IMG/VR virus record: IMGVR_UViG_3300006802_013268 | Reading direction: 5' to 3' (one strand) | Source of the DNA: an uncultured virus (IMG/VR IMGVR_UViG_3300006802_013268) | Lineage: Duplodnaviria; Heunggongvirae; Uroviricota; Caudoviricetes | Length of the DNA stretch: 64,000 bases | Shown: one piece after another, positions 43,458 to 54,759 of the stretch | How positions within the stretch are numbered: position 1 is the stretch's first letter | Layout of the letters: every line of letters begins with the position of its first letter | Made by a program: the position numbers and the translations under genes | The notes under the pieces: model-generated | The model's input: only the letters and a program-made list of their open reading frames with translations | The model's database searches: none | Told to the model about the DNA's origin: nothing

Positions 43458-46400
43458 TTAGTGTAGATCAACCCATGCGCCGTTTGCATAGCCTCTAAAT
43501 TTATTAGTGGTTGTATTGTAATACATATCTCCATTTACAGCACTACCTGGATCTGCGCTTAATGTTGCTAATCTAAACGGCGTATTGTTTACCTGAACTC
43601 GTGTAGTTGCAGTTAATTCAATCGCACTGCCTGAAGTAATTTCTGGTGTTCCTGTACCATTAGATACAATATCTCCAGTAACATAAAGATCACCTGCGAC
43701 ATTAATTCGTTTCGCGAAACTAACAGAATCAGTTACCGACCAAGCACCAGATGTATTATCAATTTGTGTTGCACTAAAAACAAAATCGCCTAACTGCGCA
43801 GGAGAATAGAAAAAGTCTCCAGCAGTTGCACCATTATTGCTATAAGTTAATGAACCTCCACCAGAAGCAGCTTGCTGTATAACTTCTAAATCGGTGAAAG
43901 CAATACCACCGCCGCCACCGCCGCCACCGCCACCTCCGGTGCCAGCAACACTACCTGCGCTTCCATTATTACCCCAAAGGAGAGCACCTGCAGAATCATA
44001 GATTACAAAACTTCTACCTGCGCTATCTAATAATCTTCCATTAACACCACCTAGTTGAAGGTCACCAGAAATAAACGCTGAGTCTAGATCAGCAAAACCG
44101 TTTACTGTTATGTCGCCAGCAGTGGTTAAAGTATCTGCTGTTATGGCAGTGGTAACATCTAAACTACCAACATCTAATCTATTAGATGAAGGATTATAAA
44201 AGAAATCTGTATCAAACTCTACACTATCGTTTCCTTCAGTGTTAAGTCTTCGGAACATAGGATAGACTGTAACATTATCATTAATTGGTTTAGCATTTAA
44301 TGTAACTGAGTTAGTGTTTAAGAACGGTGCTTGCGAAACCCAGACTGGTTTAGTACCATCATGACTAAGAATAGCAGCAGCACCAGCACCAGTAGTATAT
44401 GCTAAACGGTCATTCCCCGCTTCTTCTCCATAAAGAACTTCGCCTGGCGACAGATAACCTAAACCAGTTCCACCAGAAGTTGCTAAAGGAGGAAATGCGA
44501 AAGTAACAGAATCTTGAGTAAATAGTTTAGATTCGATATTGACATTTCTGTTTACAAATAAAGTTTCGACAGGAGAAAAAACTGTAGAAGGAGATTTTAA
44601 AACACTATTCTGATTATCAGAATCTACAGAAATTACAATTACGCCTCCATGTCTGACAGGACTACTGCCTACGATACTGTAAGAACTAGAATAAATCCCT
44701 CCTAGAGTTCTATTATCTGCAAAATTGGATGCTTTCCTAAAGAATATACCACCGCCGCCATAACCGCTGTTAATATCTTCTTCTGTAAATACTAATTGTC
44801 CCCAAGGAAATCTTGAAGCATCATATAACGAATAATTGACAGACGCCGATGTTTTTGTAAGACCTTGTTGGTAACTGTGTACATCAATAATATTTCTTCT
44901 TGCTTGTCCAAAATTATTATCAATACTTCTAAGTTTGATATTAAGAGAGGTTTCCCAAGCAGAATCGGCATGCGTGTATTTCCAATATCCAACATGACCT
45001 GCAGAATCTGTGCTAATGTATAATCCAGCACTATCAGCAGCTGCAGCAGTTGTTCCTTTTGCTACTACAATGCTCTTATCTTCAATAAGTAGATTTGATG
45101 TGTTGACGACTGTTTGAGTGCCATTAACTATCAAATTGCCATCAATAACAACATCTTGAGAAGCAGTTATATTTCTAGCAAAAACATCTTTTGATGAGTT
45201 TACAAACAGTTTAGATGCATCTGCTGATACATTGACATCACCGCCAGGACTTTGTTGTCCCGCCATACCAGTTCCGACATATACAGAAGTGACTCCGATC
45301 GGTTGATCTGTAGCGTTACCGATGTTTGTAACTTTATAGAGATTAGTGCCGCCACCTTCAATCAAATCGCCAATAGTCATCCAGGCAATTTCGCCAGAAT
45401 CTCCGTTTACACCACCATATCCTTCCGGATTTAAATCGCTATCAAGAACAAGAATTCTTTTATTATTAAAGACCTGGTTCAACCCACCAAGTTTGACACC
45501 ACCACGCAAATACAAATGCGATCCTGTAGAATCCCATCCTGCTGGTCTATCCGCACCAGTGACAGAAGTGAGAGTTTCTAGTGAACGCTCAAAAACGAGT
45601 TCTGAAATATCACCACGGAAAGCACTATCTGCTCCACCTGGCAAAGTGTTGTTTCTGCGAACAACCACCATTTCGAATGTTCCACCAGCGATAGACGAAT
45701 AATTAGGAAGATTCGCTGTTATAGAATTATTAAACTGCGGAGTGATAGATGTAATGTTACCAACTTCAAGAACTTCTTGCAATCCAGGTGGATCAAATAC
45801 TTGCGGATTTATAGGAGCATATGTTACTGAGTCTTGGTCTGTTAAAAACAGAGCACGAATTCCTGAAGGTCGTTTGTAGATTTCTACGTCAGAAAGTTTA
45901 ATTAAACCACCGTCTTTATAAAGTGGTGCTAATCCTTCAGCAACTCTTACCGAATCTACATGTACATCTGTAACAGTGTAAATTGCTTCAGATACAGAAT
46001 CACCTGAACCACGAACAGTGATCTTGTCACCAATATTCAAACTGGTTGTAAAATCTAGATCAATAGTTACAGAAGAAATTACATTTGCAGGAGTTCCCTG
46101 AAGTTTACCATCACTATCCAAAAATGCTACATCGCCAGTTAATGTGTAGGTTGGCGTAGCATTAGAAAGAAGATATGTTTGAAAATCTATATTTGGCGGA
46201 TCAAAAGCTCCTGGTTGGAATAATTGATAACCTGTTTTAAACCAGGGTACTCTAGAGATAGAATTATCAATGATACGATTTCTGTTAGTAACGATAGCAA
46301 GGGTTTGTACTTCACTATCAACATATGCTAATTTTCCTAATGCCCTGTAGAATATAGCACTGTCTTCTGAGGACCAATGCAAAGAAAAATTTCTATTTTC

Positions 46401-48926
46401 TCTATTTAAATAATTGTTCGAACCATTTGCTTCGTCAGCTTGAATAAAAAATTCATTACCAATTTTTACAGGATTGCCTGTAACAGAAACATTTGTTGTG
46501 GGTCCTACATTTTGCGTTTGATGACCTGTTACATAATCTAAAGTAAAATCTGTTTGAGGAACGTAAACAGTATCCTGAACTGTTGTCCATCTAACACTGT
46601 CACCAATATCAGCAAACGTAAGAAATTCTAGTCCGTCGGGGTTTTGTCCTATACCGTCTCCATTGATGTTCTGGACTTGAGTAACATTTCTGGTTAATGT
46701 AATTCCTGATCTAAAACGAACCTTCTTGGAAGTGCTATCACCAAATTCTGTTACTTTTTGTAATGTAAAAAAATCGTCTGTTCTTAACTGATTAGCATCA
46801 ACAGAATAATATTCTACACTATCTCCAGCGGCACCGTTATTTAATAAGAAATGGTATGGGTCAGTATTTTTTTGCGTCTGATTTGTATAAAGTCTAATTC
46901 CACCAACCAAATTTAAATTCGTATTGGTAGAGTCATACCCAGAACCTCTAGATGAATTCGTTACAGTTGCAAGTGTGTCGTCTTCTCCATCTAACACATT
47001 GTTGTCAAGTTGACGAAGAACAAATCTACCATTACCGATAGTCTCATCAAAAACGACGAAACGATTTAAAGAATTGTTTTGATTATTGGGATCTAGTAAA
47101 GCAGAATCAATTTGTATACCATAATCGCCATTAGCAACATAAAGACCATGAGTGGTAACTACATGATTTGTGCTGTCATTACGATCGGTAATGAATTGTA
47201 AAGTTAATAAGTTTTGATTAAAAGTATATGGTTCTGCTGTTCTTATTCTTATGTCGGCACTATCGGTAGTGCTATTTCGATCAAGAGCAACAAGAAGATT
47301 TAATTCATTAGCAGCATCGGCTTCAGTGGTTGACAACATCGTAGTGCCACGAAGTTTAATATCATTGCTGAAAATTACTTTTTCGTCAGTTTCACCTAGT
47401 TGTAATCCGGGTGCTGCCCTTGCAGTTACAGATTTTAATGTTTCAAAATTATTGTCTAAGTTCTCGACATCAATATCTAATATAGCATATTCATTATTGC
47501 TACCAAGAATGTTTGTCACACCTGGTGTCAGCGTAAATCCAATACCAGTTGATTTTACACCAGAACTCCTATAAGCACTATCTTGATTTTCATTTTGCCC
47601 AGGAATATGGTTTAAATAATTTCCTGCTTCTAAAATAGTAAACTGTGATACATTTCCATTAATGTCTACGCCATCAACTCTAACTCTAGTACCATCAGAA
47701 AGAGTTACACTATCATTAACAAAATAATCATCAGCAGTTGTAGGCAGCGAGGTGCCGCCAATGAAAGTACCGTTGTCTCCAGTTCCGTCAAAGTCTGCCT
47801 GTGTCTGCCCTGCTATTAAACTACCAGAAGTGCTAGGAGACCAAATAACTAAAGGAATGGTGCCTTTTGCTGGTAGCGTTTTAATAGTTGGCGTTTCAAC
47901 AAAAAGTTTATTTCTTGAAGTGAAATTTCCTGCAATAACATGATCTGGCGTTGAGTCAACATAAGCAAGATCATTAAGAGTTACATACTTAAGATCTGTA
48001 TCAGTACCCAAATATGAAAGAACAGAATGTTTATATACAGGATCATCTGCAGATATTGGTTCTGAACCTGCAACGTTGGAAGTCACACTATTAAACTGAA
48101 AGTTCTGAGCTTTGATAGTAAATTGAGTGGCACCAACATCTATCTGACTGTTAACGAGCTCGTCATTTGTCGAACCTTGCCTTTTAGTTATTGATCTATC
48201 AACAACTACATCAAGAGTTGGAGGAACAAACGCATATTGACTTTGCCTAAATCCTATTTGACTAGAGTCTGCCGCCATTACCAAGATTTTATCTGAGACA
48301 AATTGATCAAGAGAATTAAATCTTAATTTTAACTGACCTGGTGTTCCGCCAGAGATACCAAACGTAACGCTGTCTTCAATGTCTAGTCTTAATCCAGATA
48401 AAGATGTTGTTGAAATACCAGGATCTGCTGTAACTATAAGTCCGTGTGATTGCGGACCAACGGGGTTTATATCATCCTGATTTAAAGCACCAGTAATTAA
48501 AATGCCCTGATTAGTTTCGTTGTTGTTTGTAGTAACTAATTGTAATGTTTGTTCTGAAGTATTCTGGTAAGCAGAAGATCCAAGTTTTAACCAACCAACA
48601 GAATCGTCTTGACCATTAACATGCCTTGGATTACCAGGATCTGGTGCAGTTAAAAATGCTACGACATAACGATCGGTGGTATCAGTAACAACAACATCAA
48701 CATCTTCAAGAGAAACGTGTTCAAACTCGAGACCAGTAAGATTTGGTTGTTTAGTAAAACCCCTTGTTCCGTCTGCATCAGAAAAAAACAAAGAACCATC
48801 AGTAGGTGGACTGCCTGGATTAGGTTCTGCCTGTTCTAATGATAAGTATAGATAACGATCGTCATCTAATTCATCATTAGGTCTTCGTATTACCTTCCCA
48901 CCAAGGGAAATTAGATTCTTAGCCAT
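43458..48926 (-). CDS. Long tail-fibre-like virion protein
   Basis: 1822 aa; ~11 TL..VT..G..T repeats, IDGNLIVNGTQTVVNTSNLLIEDKSI segment, poly-Gly linker, C-terminal GDMYYNTTTNKFRGY.NG.W. Confidence 0.75.
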   Translation of the reverse strand: MAKNLISLGGKVIRRPNDELDDDRYLYLSLEQAEPNPGSPPTDGSLFFSDADGTRGFTKQPNLTGLEFEHVSLEDVDVVVTDTTDRYVVAFLTAPDPGNPRHVNGQDDSVGWLKLGSSAYQNTSEQTLQLVTTNNNETNQGILITGALNQDDINPVGPQSHGLIVTADPGISTTSLSGLRLDIEDSVTFGISGGTPGQLKLRFNSLDQFVSDKILVMAADSSQIGFRQSQYAFVPPTLDVVVDRSITKRQGSTNDELVNSQIDVGATQFTIKAQNFQFNSVTSNVAGSEPISADDPVYKHSVLSYLGTDTDLKYVTLNDLAYVDSTPDHVIAGNFTSRNKLFVETPTIKTLPAKGTIPLVIWSPSTSGSLIAGQTQADFDGTGDNGTFIGGTSLPTTADDYFVNDSVTLSDGTRVRVDGVDINGNVSQFTILEAGNYLNHIPGQNENQDSAYRSSGVKSTGIGFTLTPGVTNILGSNNEYAILDIDVENLDNNFETLKSVTARAAPGLQLGETDEKVIFSNDIKLRGTTMLSTTEADAANELNLLVALDRNSTTDSADIRIRTAEPYTFNQNLLTLQFITDRNDSTNHVVTTHGLYVANGDYGIQIDSALLDPNNQNNSLNRFVVFDETIGNGRFVLRQLDNNVLDGEDDTLATVTNSSRGSGYDSTNTNLNLVGGIRLYTNQTQKNTDPYHFLLNNGAAGDSVEYYSVDANQLRTDDFFTLQKVTEFGDSTSKKVRFRSGITLTRNVTQVQNINGDGIGQNPDGLEFLTFADIGDSVRWTTVQDTVYVPQTDFTLDYVTGHQTQNVGPTTNVSVTGNPVKIGNEFFIQADEANGSNNYLNRENRNFSLHWSSEDSAIFYRALGKLAYVDSEVQTLAIVTNRNRIIDNSISRVPWFKTGYQLFQPGAFDPPNIDFQTYLLSNATPTYTLTGDVAFLDSDGKLQGTPANVISSVTIDLDFTTSLNIGDKITVRGSGDSVSEAIYTVTDVHVDSVRVAEGLAPLYKDGGLIKLSDVEIYKRPSGIRALFLTDQDSVTYAPINPQVFDPPGLQEVLEVGNITSITPQFNNSITANLPNYSSIAGGTFEMVVVRRNNTLPGGADSAFRGDISELVFERSLETLTSVTGADRPAGWDSTGSHLYLRGGVKLGGLNQVFNNKRILVLDSDLNPEGYGGVNGDSGEIAWMTIGDLIEGGGTNLYKVTNIGNATDQPIGVTSVYVGTGMAGQQSPGGDVNVSADASKLFVNSSKDVFARNITASQDVVIDGNLIVNGTQTVVNTSNLLIEDKSIVVAKGTTAAAADSAGLYISTDSAGHVGYWKYTHADSAWETSLNIKLRSIDNNFGQARRNIIDVHSYQQGLTKTSASVNYSLYDASRFPWGQLVFTEEDINSGYGGGGIFFRKASNFADNRTLGGIYSSSYSIVGSSPVRHGGVIVISVDSDNQNSVLKSPSTVFSPVETLFVNRNVNIESKLFTQDSVTFAFPPLATSGGTGLGYLSPGEVLYGEEAGNDRLAYTTGAGAAAILSHDGTKPVWVSQAPFLNTNSVTLNAKPINDNVTVYPMFRRLNTEGNDSVEFDTDFFYNPSSNRLDVGSLDVTTAITADTLTTAGDITVNGFADLDSAFISGDLQLGGVNGRLLDSAGRSFVIYDSAGALLWGNNGSAGSVAGTGGGGGGGGGGGIAFTDLEVIQQAASGGGSLTYSNNGATAGDFFYSPAQLGDFVFSATQIDNTSGAWSVTDSVSFAKRINVAGDLYVTGDIVSNGTGTPEITSGSAIELTATTRVQVNNTPFRLATLSADPGSAVNGDMYYNTTTNKFRGYANGAWVDLH

Positions 48927-49290
48927 TCAACGATTCCAAGAAACTTAATGTGAGTTTTAATTCGTCAGCTTGATCTGCCCAAACCATAATTTGATTTTCT
49001 TGTTCTACAATCAATTTACCTGTAAGGACACCAACCGCATCGTTTTGCTGAACTGGAAAATCTTGTACTAAAGGTGTTGCTTCACCTGTTCCTGGACTCC
49101 AATGAACAAAAGTTACATTCCTAGTTCCAGTGTTTCCTATGTTTGTAACTTGTGCCATAAGGATAATAGAAGTTACACCTGCAGGAACCTCGTAAACAAA
49201 ATCGGTGCCACCAGGATCTGAACCTGGCGCTCCTGCTTTTGTTTTAATCAAATGCGTTTTTGTTTTAAATGTATTTAATGGAGTTGCCAT
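48919..49290 (-). CDS. Small beta-sandwich virion-associated protein
   Basis: 123 aa; Y.VPAG..SIIL.AQV.N, GKLIVE, L..LE; coupled to both flanking fibre genes. Confidence 0.6.
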   Translation of the reverse strand: MATPLNTFKTKTHLIKTKAGAPGSDPGGTDFVYEVPAGVTSIILMAQVTNIGNTGTRNVTFVHWSPGTGEATPLVQDFPVQQNDAVGVLTGKLIVEQENQIMVWADQADELKLTLSFLESLNG

Positions 49291-49291
49291 T

Positions 49292-52200
49292 TTATCCCTC
49301 TAGTGCCAAGATATATGGAGTTAATACTGCGAACAACGATCTATCAAAGGTTGTTCCGGTAATCGTACCTGACTCACGATTAATGGTTAATTCACCACCA
49401 ATTCTAAAGTCACCTAATTCGTCTGTTGCTGTAAAGTAAACCAACCCAAAATTGGGAGTCAAGGTTGAAGCAGAGTCGAATATAACTTCTTTTGATTTAT
49501 CTGGTATCCCACCATTTTGTGGAATAGCAGTAAACATATTTGTCCCAGCACCAACATATTCAAACGTATGCGATGATGAGGTAATCAAAGAACGTTGGTG
49601 AAATCCAGTGTTTTGCCCTTTGACTGCATCTTTATTTAGTGGTGGTGCAATTGTTAATTCATATGATCCAGTTTCAGGAAGTATTGACCAATATGTGTAT
49701 ACGCTTCCTCGACCATTACCATAAGTATTATCTTCTCCTGCAGCTGAAGTAGCAATATAATCAGAAGTTCCTCCTGCGGCAACTGCTCCCCCATACTGAG
49801 AAAAATTAGTGCCTCCATCAAGCGGTTCGAGAGTAGAAATAATTTCCCAATTAGATGCTGCTCTTTCAACGATATGAGTTTTTCCATTATCATTAAAAAT
49901 TTCGCCAACCAAAGCAATATCGCCTTTAGTATTCAAATCAACTGCAACACCAAATTGTCCGTTATTTTTCGGAGAAGGAGAAACAATTGTTTCTTGTCTT
50001 GCCCAGCTTCCTCCTGAGAAAGTATAAGTGTTTGCAACTCCCTGACGGAATTTTCCTGGTCCTAGATCAGAATCTAAAGTTTCATGTGCATCACCAGCGA
50101 CAAAATAACTTGTATCGTCATTAACAGATAACGTCCAATAATGATCTGTTGCTACACCAGTATATGGAGCATATGTAGGAATAACTTCTTGACGATATCC
50201 CCAGTTTCTAGTTTGTTGATTGTACGAATAATAGAATACAGAATTGGTAGCATTTGATGCTGGACCATTCCAAGCAATCAACAAGTTGTTTCCATTTTCA
50301 GACAAAGATACTGCTGGTTGCAATGTTGTAAAACCAGCATTAATACAATCAATTGTTGCTACACCAGTTCCGTTTAACGAACCATTCGAGTCATGAATAA
50401 ATTGTTCGCCTAACGCATTTCTTCTATAAATTACAACCTGTCCCCTTGACGTTGCTTGTCCGTCAGCAGAAGTTGAAACAGCAAGAACTAATCCGTTTCC
50501 GCTCAACGATAATCTTGTGCCAAATTCTTCGTCATATGAACCAGCAGGTATTTGAAATCCAGTACCAGAACCTTTGATAGGTGTAATTTGTTGCAATTCG
50601 GTCCAGGTAGTTTCGTCTCTTTCAAAAATAAAAACAGAACCATTATTAAGATTTGGGGATCCTACTGCTATAACGTTTCCTTCTTTGTTTATGTCAACAA
50701 CAGATCCAAAGGCATCTTCGTTTCCTCTAGAAGAAGGAACAATTGATTGTTGGAAATTCCAGTTAGTTTCGTCTCTTGAAAAAACTTCTATGATTCCTTG
50801 ACGACTTCCAAGTGCTAATCCTGTTTGAGTTTTTGGCACACCAACAACCATATAGTTGTCATCTCTACTGATTTTTAATGCCTCGCCAAAAGAGCTGTAT
50901 TCTTCTTCTGTTCCTGCTTGTTCAAGCAATTCTGTTTCTTCTGTATTTCCTGACACTGCCCAGTTTTGCGTTATCTCATCTGAAACATTTAAAACAGTGT
51001 AGTAGTAAGAATCTTCATTAAACTTAATAGAATCGTTGTAGTTTGGTCTCTTATAATCGCCAAGAGACAAAGAATAATTATATGAATCTTTATTGATGAT
51101 GTTGTTTACGCGAATAAGATCATCATTTAAATTATAATTAGCATGCAAAGATCCAAAATATAATTCAGGACTTCCGCCAACAGCAACCAAACCTTCGTCT
51201 CCAAACGAAGAGTTGGAGTTTGTAATAGAACACTGACCACCAGTCTCAGCAAGAATAGAAGTTTTGGTTGAGATCGTGAAGATAGATACTAACTGAGCAT
51301 ATCCACGGTTCATTAACTTAACGCCAATACCATCGGCATTGAACTGCGTGAAAGCATCAGCAACCATCGAACGCAAACCAGATACTTTTGAACCATCAAT
51401 TCGCATACCGATCCCAGAGGACGTTATAGACGTGCAGTTCTGAACATAAGGGGATTGAGTAATAAAAGTTCCGTTTCCTACTGAATCTCGCTCGTCAAAC
51501 GCCACGCAAGCAGCACCGTTTTGATGATCACGGAAAGTAATGTCTTTTAAGAAACAACCATTATCCACCCAGAAAATGTCAGAGTCTGGACTTGCAGGGC
51601 GAATCGTAGATGTTCTTAGGTTATCTCCTACAATAGCAGTTTTTGGCGGGAGACGAATTGGATTGTTTACCGTGTAGTCTCCAGACATCAAACGAATAGT
51701 TGTATCAGCACCAAAATTATCAGCATTGGCAACCGTTTGATTAATGATAGTTCTTCTATTATCTGTTCCAAAAGCAAGAGCATCTGATGCAGTTCTAAGA
51801 GCAGGAAGAACACCTAATAAAAGTAGATTCGGGCGATCATTATCAGAAATTTGCTCAATCGGCGTAAGTCCTGCATTACTTTCAGCATTGATAACGTCAT
51901 AGATAATAGTAACTAATGACTCAACTCTTGCCTCTTGTACTCCAGGTGCGCCGCTCCCAATACCAGACTGAGATAAATTGTTTCCACTAGAAGGAGATAT
52001 AGCAATTCCTGCAACTACATCGCCAGCAACATCTCTTAATCTAGAATATGCTTGCCTTGATGCTTCGATTTCATTTTGCCCTACAAGGTCAAGGTATCCA
52101 TTTCCTTTTACAGAAAAATATGCATTAGCATTAATAGTAGTTGCAGAATTTCCCCCATACATCATATCATATGTTAACCCATCAACGATATATCCTACAT

Positions 52201-54724
52201 CTCTTCTACACTTAGTTTGATTGTATGAATAGGTTGGGAAAATGTCATTAGAGTATATGACAGTTAGTTCCTGATAATATGTTTTTCGTGATTGAATTAC
52301 ATCAGTATCATCTACGAAAAAATAATCCGTAAAATCCGAAGATTGGAAAGTTTCTCCCTTTGTTGTATCGGCAATGTTTTGCGAGAGAGATCCAGAAACC
52401 GGATCAACCAATACATCTAGTAAAGTATCAATTCTTCCTTGTTCTGTTGGAGTTGTTACATATAATTTCATTATATTTTTTAATTCATTATATGCATCAA
52501 TAGTTGCTATTCTTTCTCCATTTCCTAACTGGAATTCCCAAACATCTGCGTCGCCATCTAAATTTCCATCAGGACCATGAAGATCTGTTCCCACCCAATA
52601 TGATCTGGCAGCAACTCTCATAGCAAATCCACCACCATATAGAATATCATGAGTTACAGCATCTACTAAAAATCCAACGTCTCGTTCGCATTTATCTTGA
52701 TTATATTCAAGGGTGTCATAATTTTCTTGAATCCACGTAATTAATCTGCGTTGAATTGCTCTACGATTTGCTTGAAGCGCATTTGCTGCATTTCTAGCAC
52801 TAAAATTAATTGCTTCTCCACTAAAATCTATCGGATCTCCGTCTTCATAACCATAAATGGAGGTCTCTTGAATTAACTGAGTGATTTGCGTAATTCTTTG
52901 TTGCACAAAAGATCTGCCGGAAGCACTAATCTCATTACCAATTAAGTTTCCAAGATATTCAATCGCTTGAATTGTATAAGTGAGTTGATCATTTTGAACT
53001 TTATTGCTTGATGCATTACCCCTTTGATATGCAATACCAGCAATGATTGAATTGTAATCAGTTCCGTTATACAAATCTACAAGAATAGCATCAATGATAT
53101 AACCTGTGTCGCGATAACATTTATCTTGATTGAAATTAGTAACCGGATTAGTTTCTTTTACAAAATCTACAGTATAAAGTTGTAATTGTACCTTATTGCC
53201 TTGAATTAGGTCATATTCTGTTAAATTAGGATATGTACCAATATTACTATTAATTTCTTCTTCGTTAATCCCACTGGGATTAGTGATATAATCAGTTATG
53301 TATTGAATTAACTCATCTACTCTAGAATCTTCAGTGACGTCAGGTAATGCCTTAATTCTGGTAGCAAGGTCTGTAAATGCAGCAACCGTTGGGATTGCTT
53401 CTGCAAGACCTAATTGTAATACTCCTCCAGAATAATATGCTAAAGCAGATTGCCTTGAAGCAGTATTACCACCATATGTCAAATCAGCAATTAACCCATC
53501 AATAATAAATCCAGTATCTCTTTCGCAAAGAGATAATGTATTGTTGTTTACTAAATCGTCATATAACCCAGGATAATTCGTTTGAACGAAAGATGAAGTA
53601 TCTGCTATTAAAGTTGCTCTTGCTGATACAATTGCATCTCTCTGGTTGGCACGATTCGGATTTGTCTCCCCCGAATAAGTTCCTGCTGTAACAGGATACG
53701 TTATTGTTCCAGCAGGATCATTAATAAATGGAGATGTGACAATCCCTCCAAGAACATCTAAAATATATTGGAATGAATCCGTTATTTTATTTCCTGGATT
53801 ACCAACATCATTAATTATTTTGTTTCTAAGCTCGGTAACTGCTGCAATCGTAGCATCCATTTGACCAGTTAAAACGTATGCAGATTCTTCACGAAGATAC
53901 GCATTAGCTGCTGTAACTGACCAAAAATTAGTCCCTACAAGCAAATCTCGTTTTATCGCATCAATTATTAAACCAACATCACGTTGACATTTTTGTACAT
54001 CAAAGGATGTTAGTTCTGTTGAATTAATGTACCTAACAATTTCTTCTTGAATAAAACTCTTATTTGCTTGCAAAAGATTTGCTGCAGTTTCTTGGTCTGT
54101 TCCAACAACAGTAATTGGGGCTGGAAAAACTAATTCATCAGCTACCGACTCTCCGTTGACCAGAATGTCAACTACTTCTTCAAAGTATCTGTTTGCCCTA
54201 GATTTTGCAGTAACATCAGAACCAACTTCGGGAACAGAAATAACGCCAATCCTTTCTTCATTGATTGCTTGACGAGTTGCTGCTAACTGTTCGTTGGTTA
54301 CTTTAGCGGAATTTCCTCTTCGATATGCAATACCACCATACACCTGGTTCCAGTTTGTACCAAGCGCCATATCGAAACGGACTCCGTCCATAAGAACATT
54401 AAGATCACGTTCGCAAAGAGTTTTATCAAATTTGAAAGACTGTTTAGCATAAACAACAGAAACAGCAGAATCTAAGGTTTTAAAAGAGTTTAGAAGAGAA
54501 CGTCCATCATTTCCATATTGCCCAGACTTAGATACATAATAGACATTTTCTACAGCATCATCACCGATCGCTTGTATGGTAACTTCGCCGTTCGCTTCTT
54601 TCTTGATGTATGCTTTACCATCATGAGTGTTGATGGCAATTTCGCCAAACTCTATCTCATTAAGCGTAGGAGCACGTCCAGGAATATCGCTACGAGGTAA
54701 AAGTATTTGTTTTCTTGTTGCCAT
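49292..54724 (-). CDS. Large multidomain tail/fibre protein (helical C.RD repeats, beta-helix, FG-GAP-like propeller)
   Basis: GEIAINTHDGK N-terminus, NVYYVSK.G...NDG, six C.RD.G..IDA...D...G.N repeats, GDNLR, SPYVQNCTS, FG.A..IS.D blades, HTFEYVGAG. Confidence 0.75.
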   Translation of the reverse strand: MATRKQILLPRSDIPGRAPTLNEIEFGEIAINTHDGKAYIKKEANGEVTIQAIGDDAVENVYYVSKSGQYGNDGRSLLNSFKTLDSAVSVVYAKQSFKFDKTLCERDLNVLMDGVRFDMALGTNWNQVYGGIAYRRGNSAKVTNEQLAATRQAINEERIGVISVPEVGSDVTAKSRANRYFEEVVDILVNGESVADELVFPAPITVVGTDQETAANLLQANKSFIQEEIVRYINSTELTSFDVQKCQRDVGLIIDAIKRDLLVGTNFWSVTAANAYLREESAYVLTGQMDATIAAVTELRNKIINDVGNPGNKITDSFQYILDVLGGIVTSPFINDPAGTITYPVTAGTYSGETNPNRANQRDAIVSARATLIADTSSFVQTNYPGLYDDLVNNNTLSLCERDTGFIIDGLIADLTYGGNTASRQSALAYYSGGVLQLGLAEAIPTVAAFTDLATRIKALPDVTEDSRVDELIQYITDYITNPSGINEEEINSNIGTYPNLTEYDLIQGNKVQLQLYTVDFVKETNPVTNFNQDKCYRDTGYIIDAILVDLYNGTDYNSIIAGIAYQRGNASSNKVQNDQLTYTIQAIEYLGNLIGNEISASGRSFVQQRITQITQLIQETSIYGYEDGDPIDFSGEAINFSARNAANALQANRRAIQRRLITWIQENYDTLEYNQDKCERDVGFLVDAVTHDILYGGGFAMRVAARSYWVGTDLHGPDGNLDGDADVWEFQLGNGERIATIDAYNELKNIMKLYVTTPTEQGRIDTLLDVLVDPVSGSLSQNIADTTKGETFQSSDFTDYFFVDDTDVIQSRKTYYQELTVIYSNDIFPTYSYNQTKCRRDVGYIVDGLTYDMMYGGNSATTINANAYFSVKGNGYLDLVGQNEIEASRQAYSRLRDVAGDVVAGIAISPSSGNNLSQSGIGSGAPGVQEARVESLVTIIYDVINAESNAGLTPIEQISDNDRPNLLLLGVLPALRTASDALAFGTDNRRTIINQTVANADNFGADTTIRLMSGDYTVNNPIRLPPKTAIVGDNLRTSTIRPASPDSDIFWVDNGCFLKDITFRDHQNGAACVAFDERDSVGNGTFITQSPYVQNCTSITSSGIGMRIDGSKVSGLRSMVADAFTQFNADGIGVKLMNRGYAQLVSIFTISTKTSILAETGGQCSITNSNSSFGDEGLVAVGGSPELYFGSLHANYNLNDDLIRVNNIINKDSYNYSLSLGDYKRPNYNDSIKFNEDSYYYTVLNVSDEITQNWAVSGNTEETELLEQAGTEEEYSSFGEALKISRDDNYMVVGVPKTQTGLALGSRQGIIEVFSRDETNWNFQQSIVPSSRGNEDAFGSVVDINKEGNVIAVGSPNLNNGSVFIFERDETTWTELQQITPIKGSGTGFQIPAGSYDEEFGTRLSLSGNGLVLAVSTSADGQATSRGQVVIYRRNALGEQFIHDSNGSLNGTGVATIDCINAGFTTLQPAVSLSENGNNLLIAWNGPASNATNSVFYYSYNQQTRNWGYRQEVIPTYAPYTGVATDHYWTLSVNDDTSYFVAGDAHETLDSDLGPGKFRQGVANTYTFSGGSWARQETIVSPSPKNNGQFGVAVDLNTKGDIALVGEIFNDNGKTHIVERAASNWEIISTLEPLDGGTNFSQYGGAVAAGGTSDYIATSAAGEDNTYGNGRGSVYTYWSILPETGSYELTIAPPLNKDAVKGQNTGFHQRSLITSSSHTFEYVGAGTNMFTAIPQNGGIPDKSKEVIFDSASTLTPNFGLVYFTATDELGDFRIGGELTINRESGTITGTTFDRSLFAVLTPYILALEG

Positions 54725-54751
54725 ATTTAAAATAACTCTATGCTATGTTTC

Positions 54752-54759
54752 TATTTAGG
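54752..54759 (-). promoter_or_regulatory. Late promoter variant (CCTAAATA)
   Basis: CTAAATA upstream of ORF 54724, overlapping the previous stop. Confidence 0.45.

Noticed and set aside
43906..43938. GC-rich (CCG/CCA)n microsatellite as a phase-variation tract
   Set aside because: It encodes an in-frame poly-Gly linker; triplet slippage would not shift the frame.
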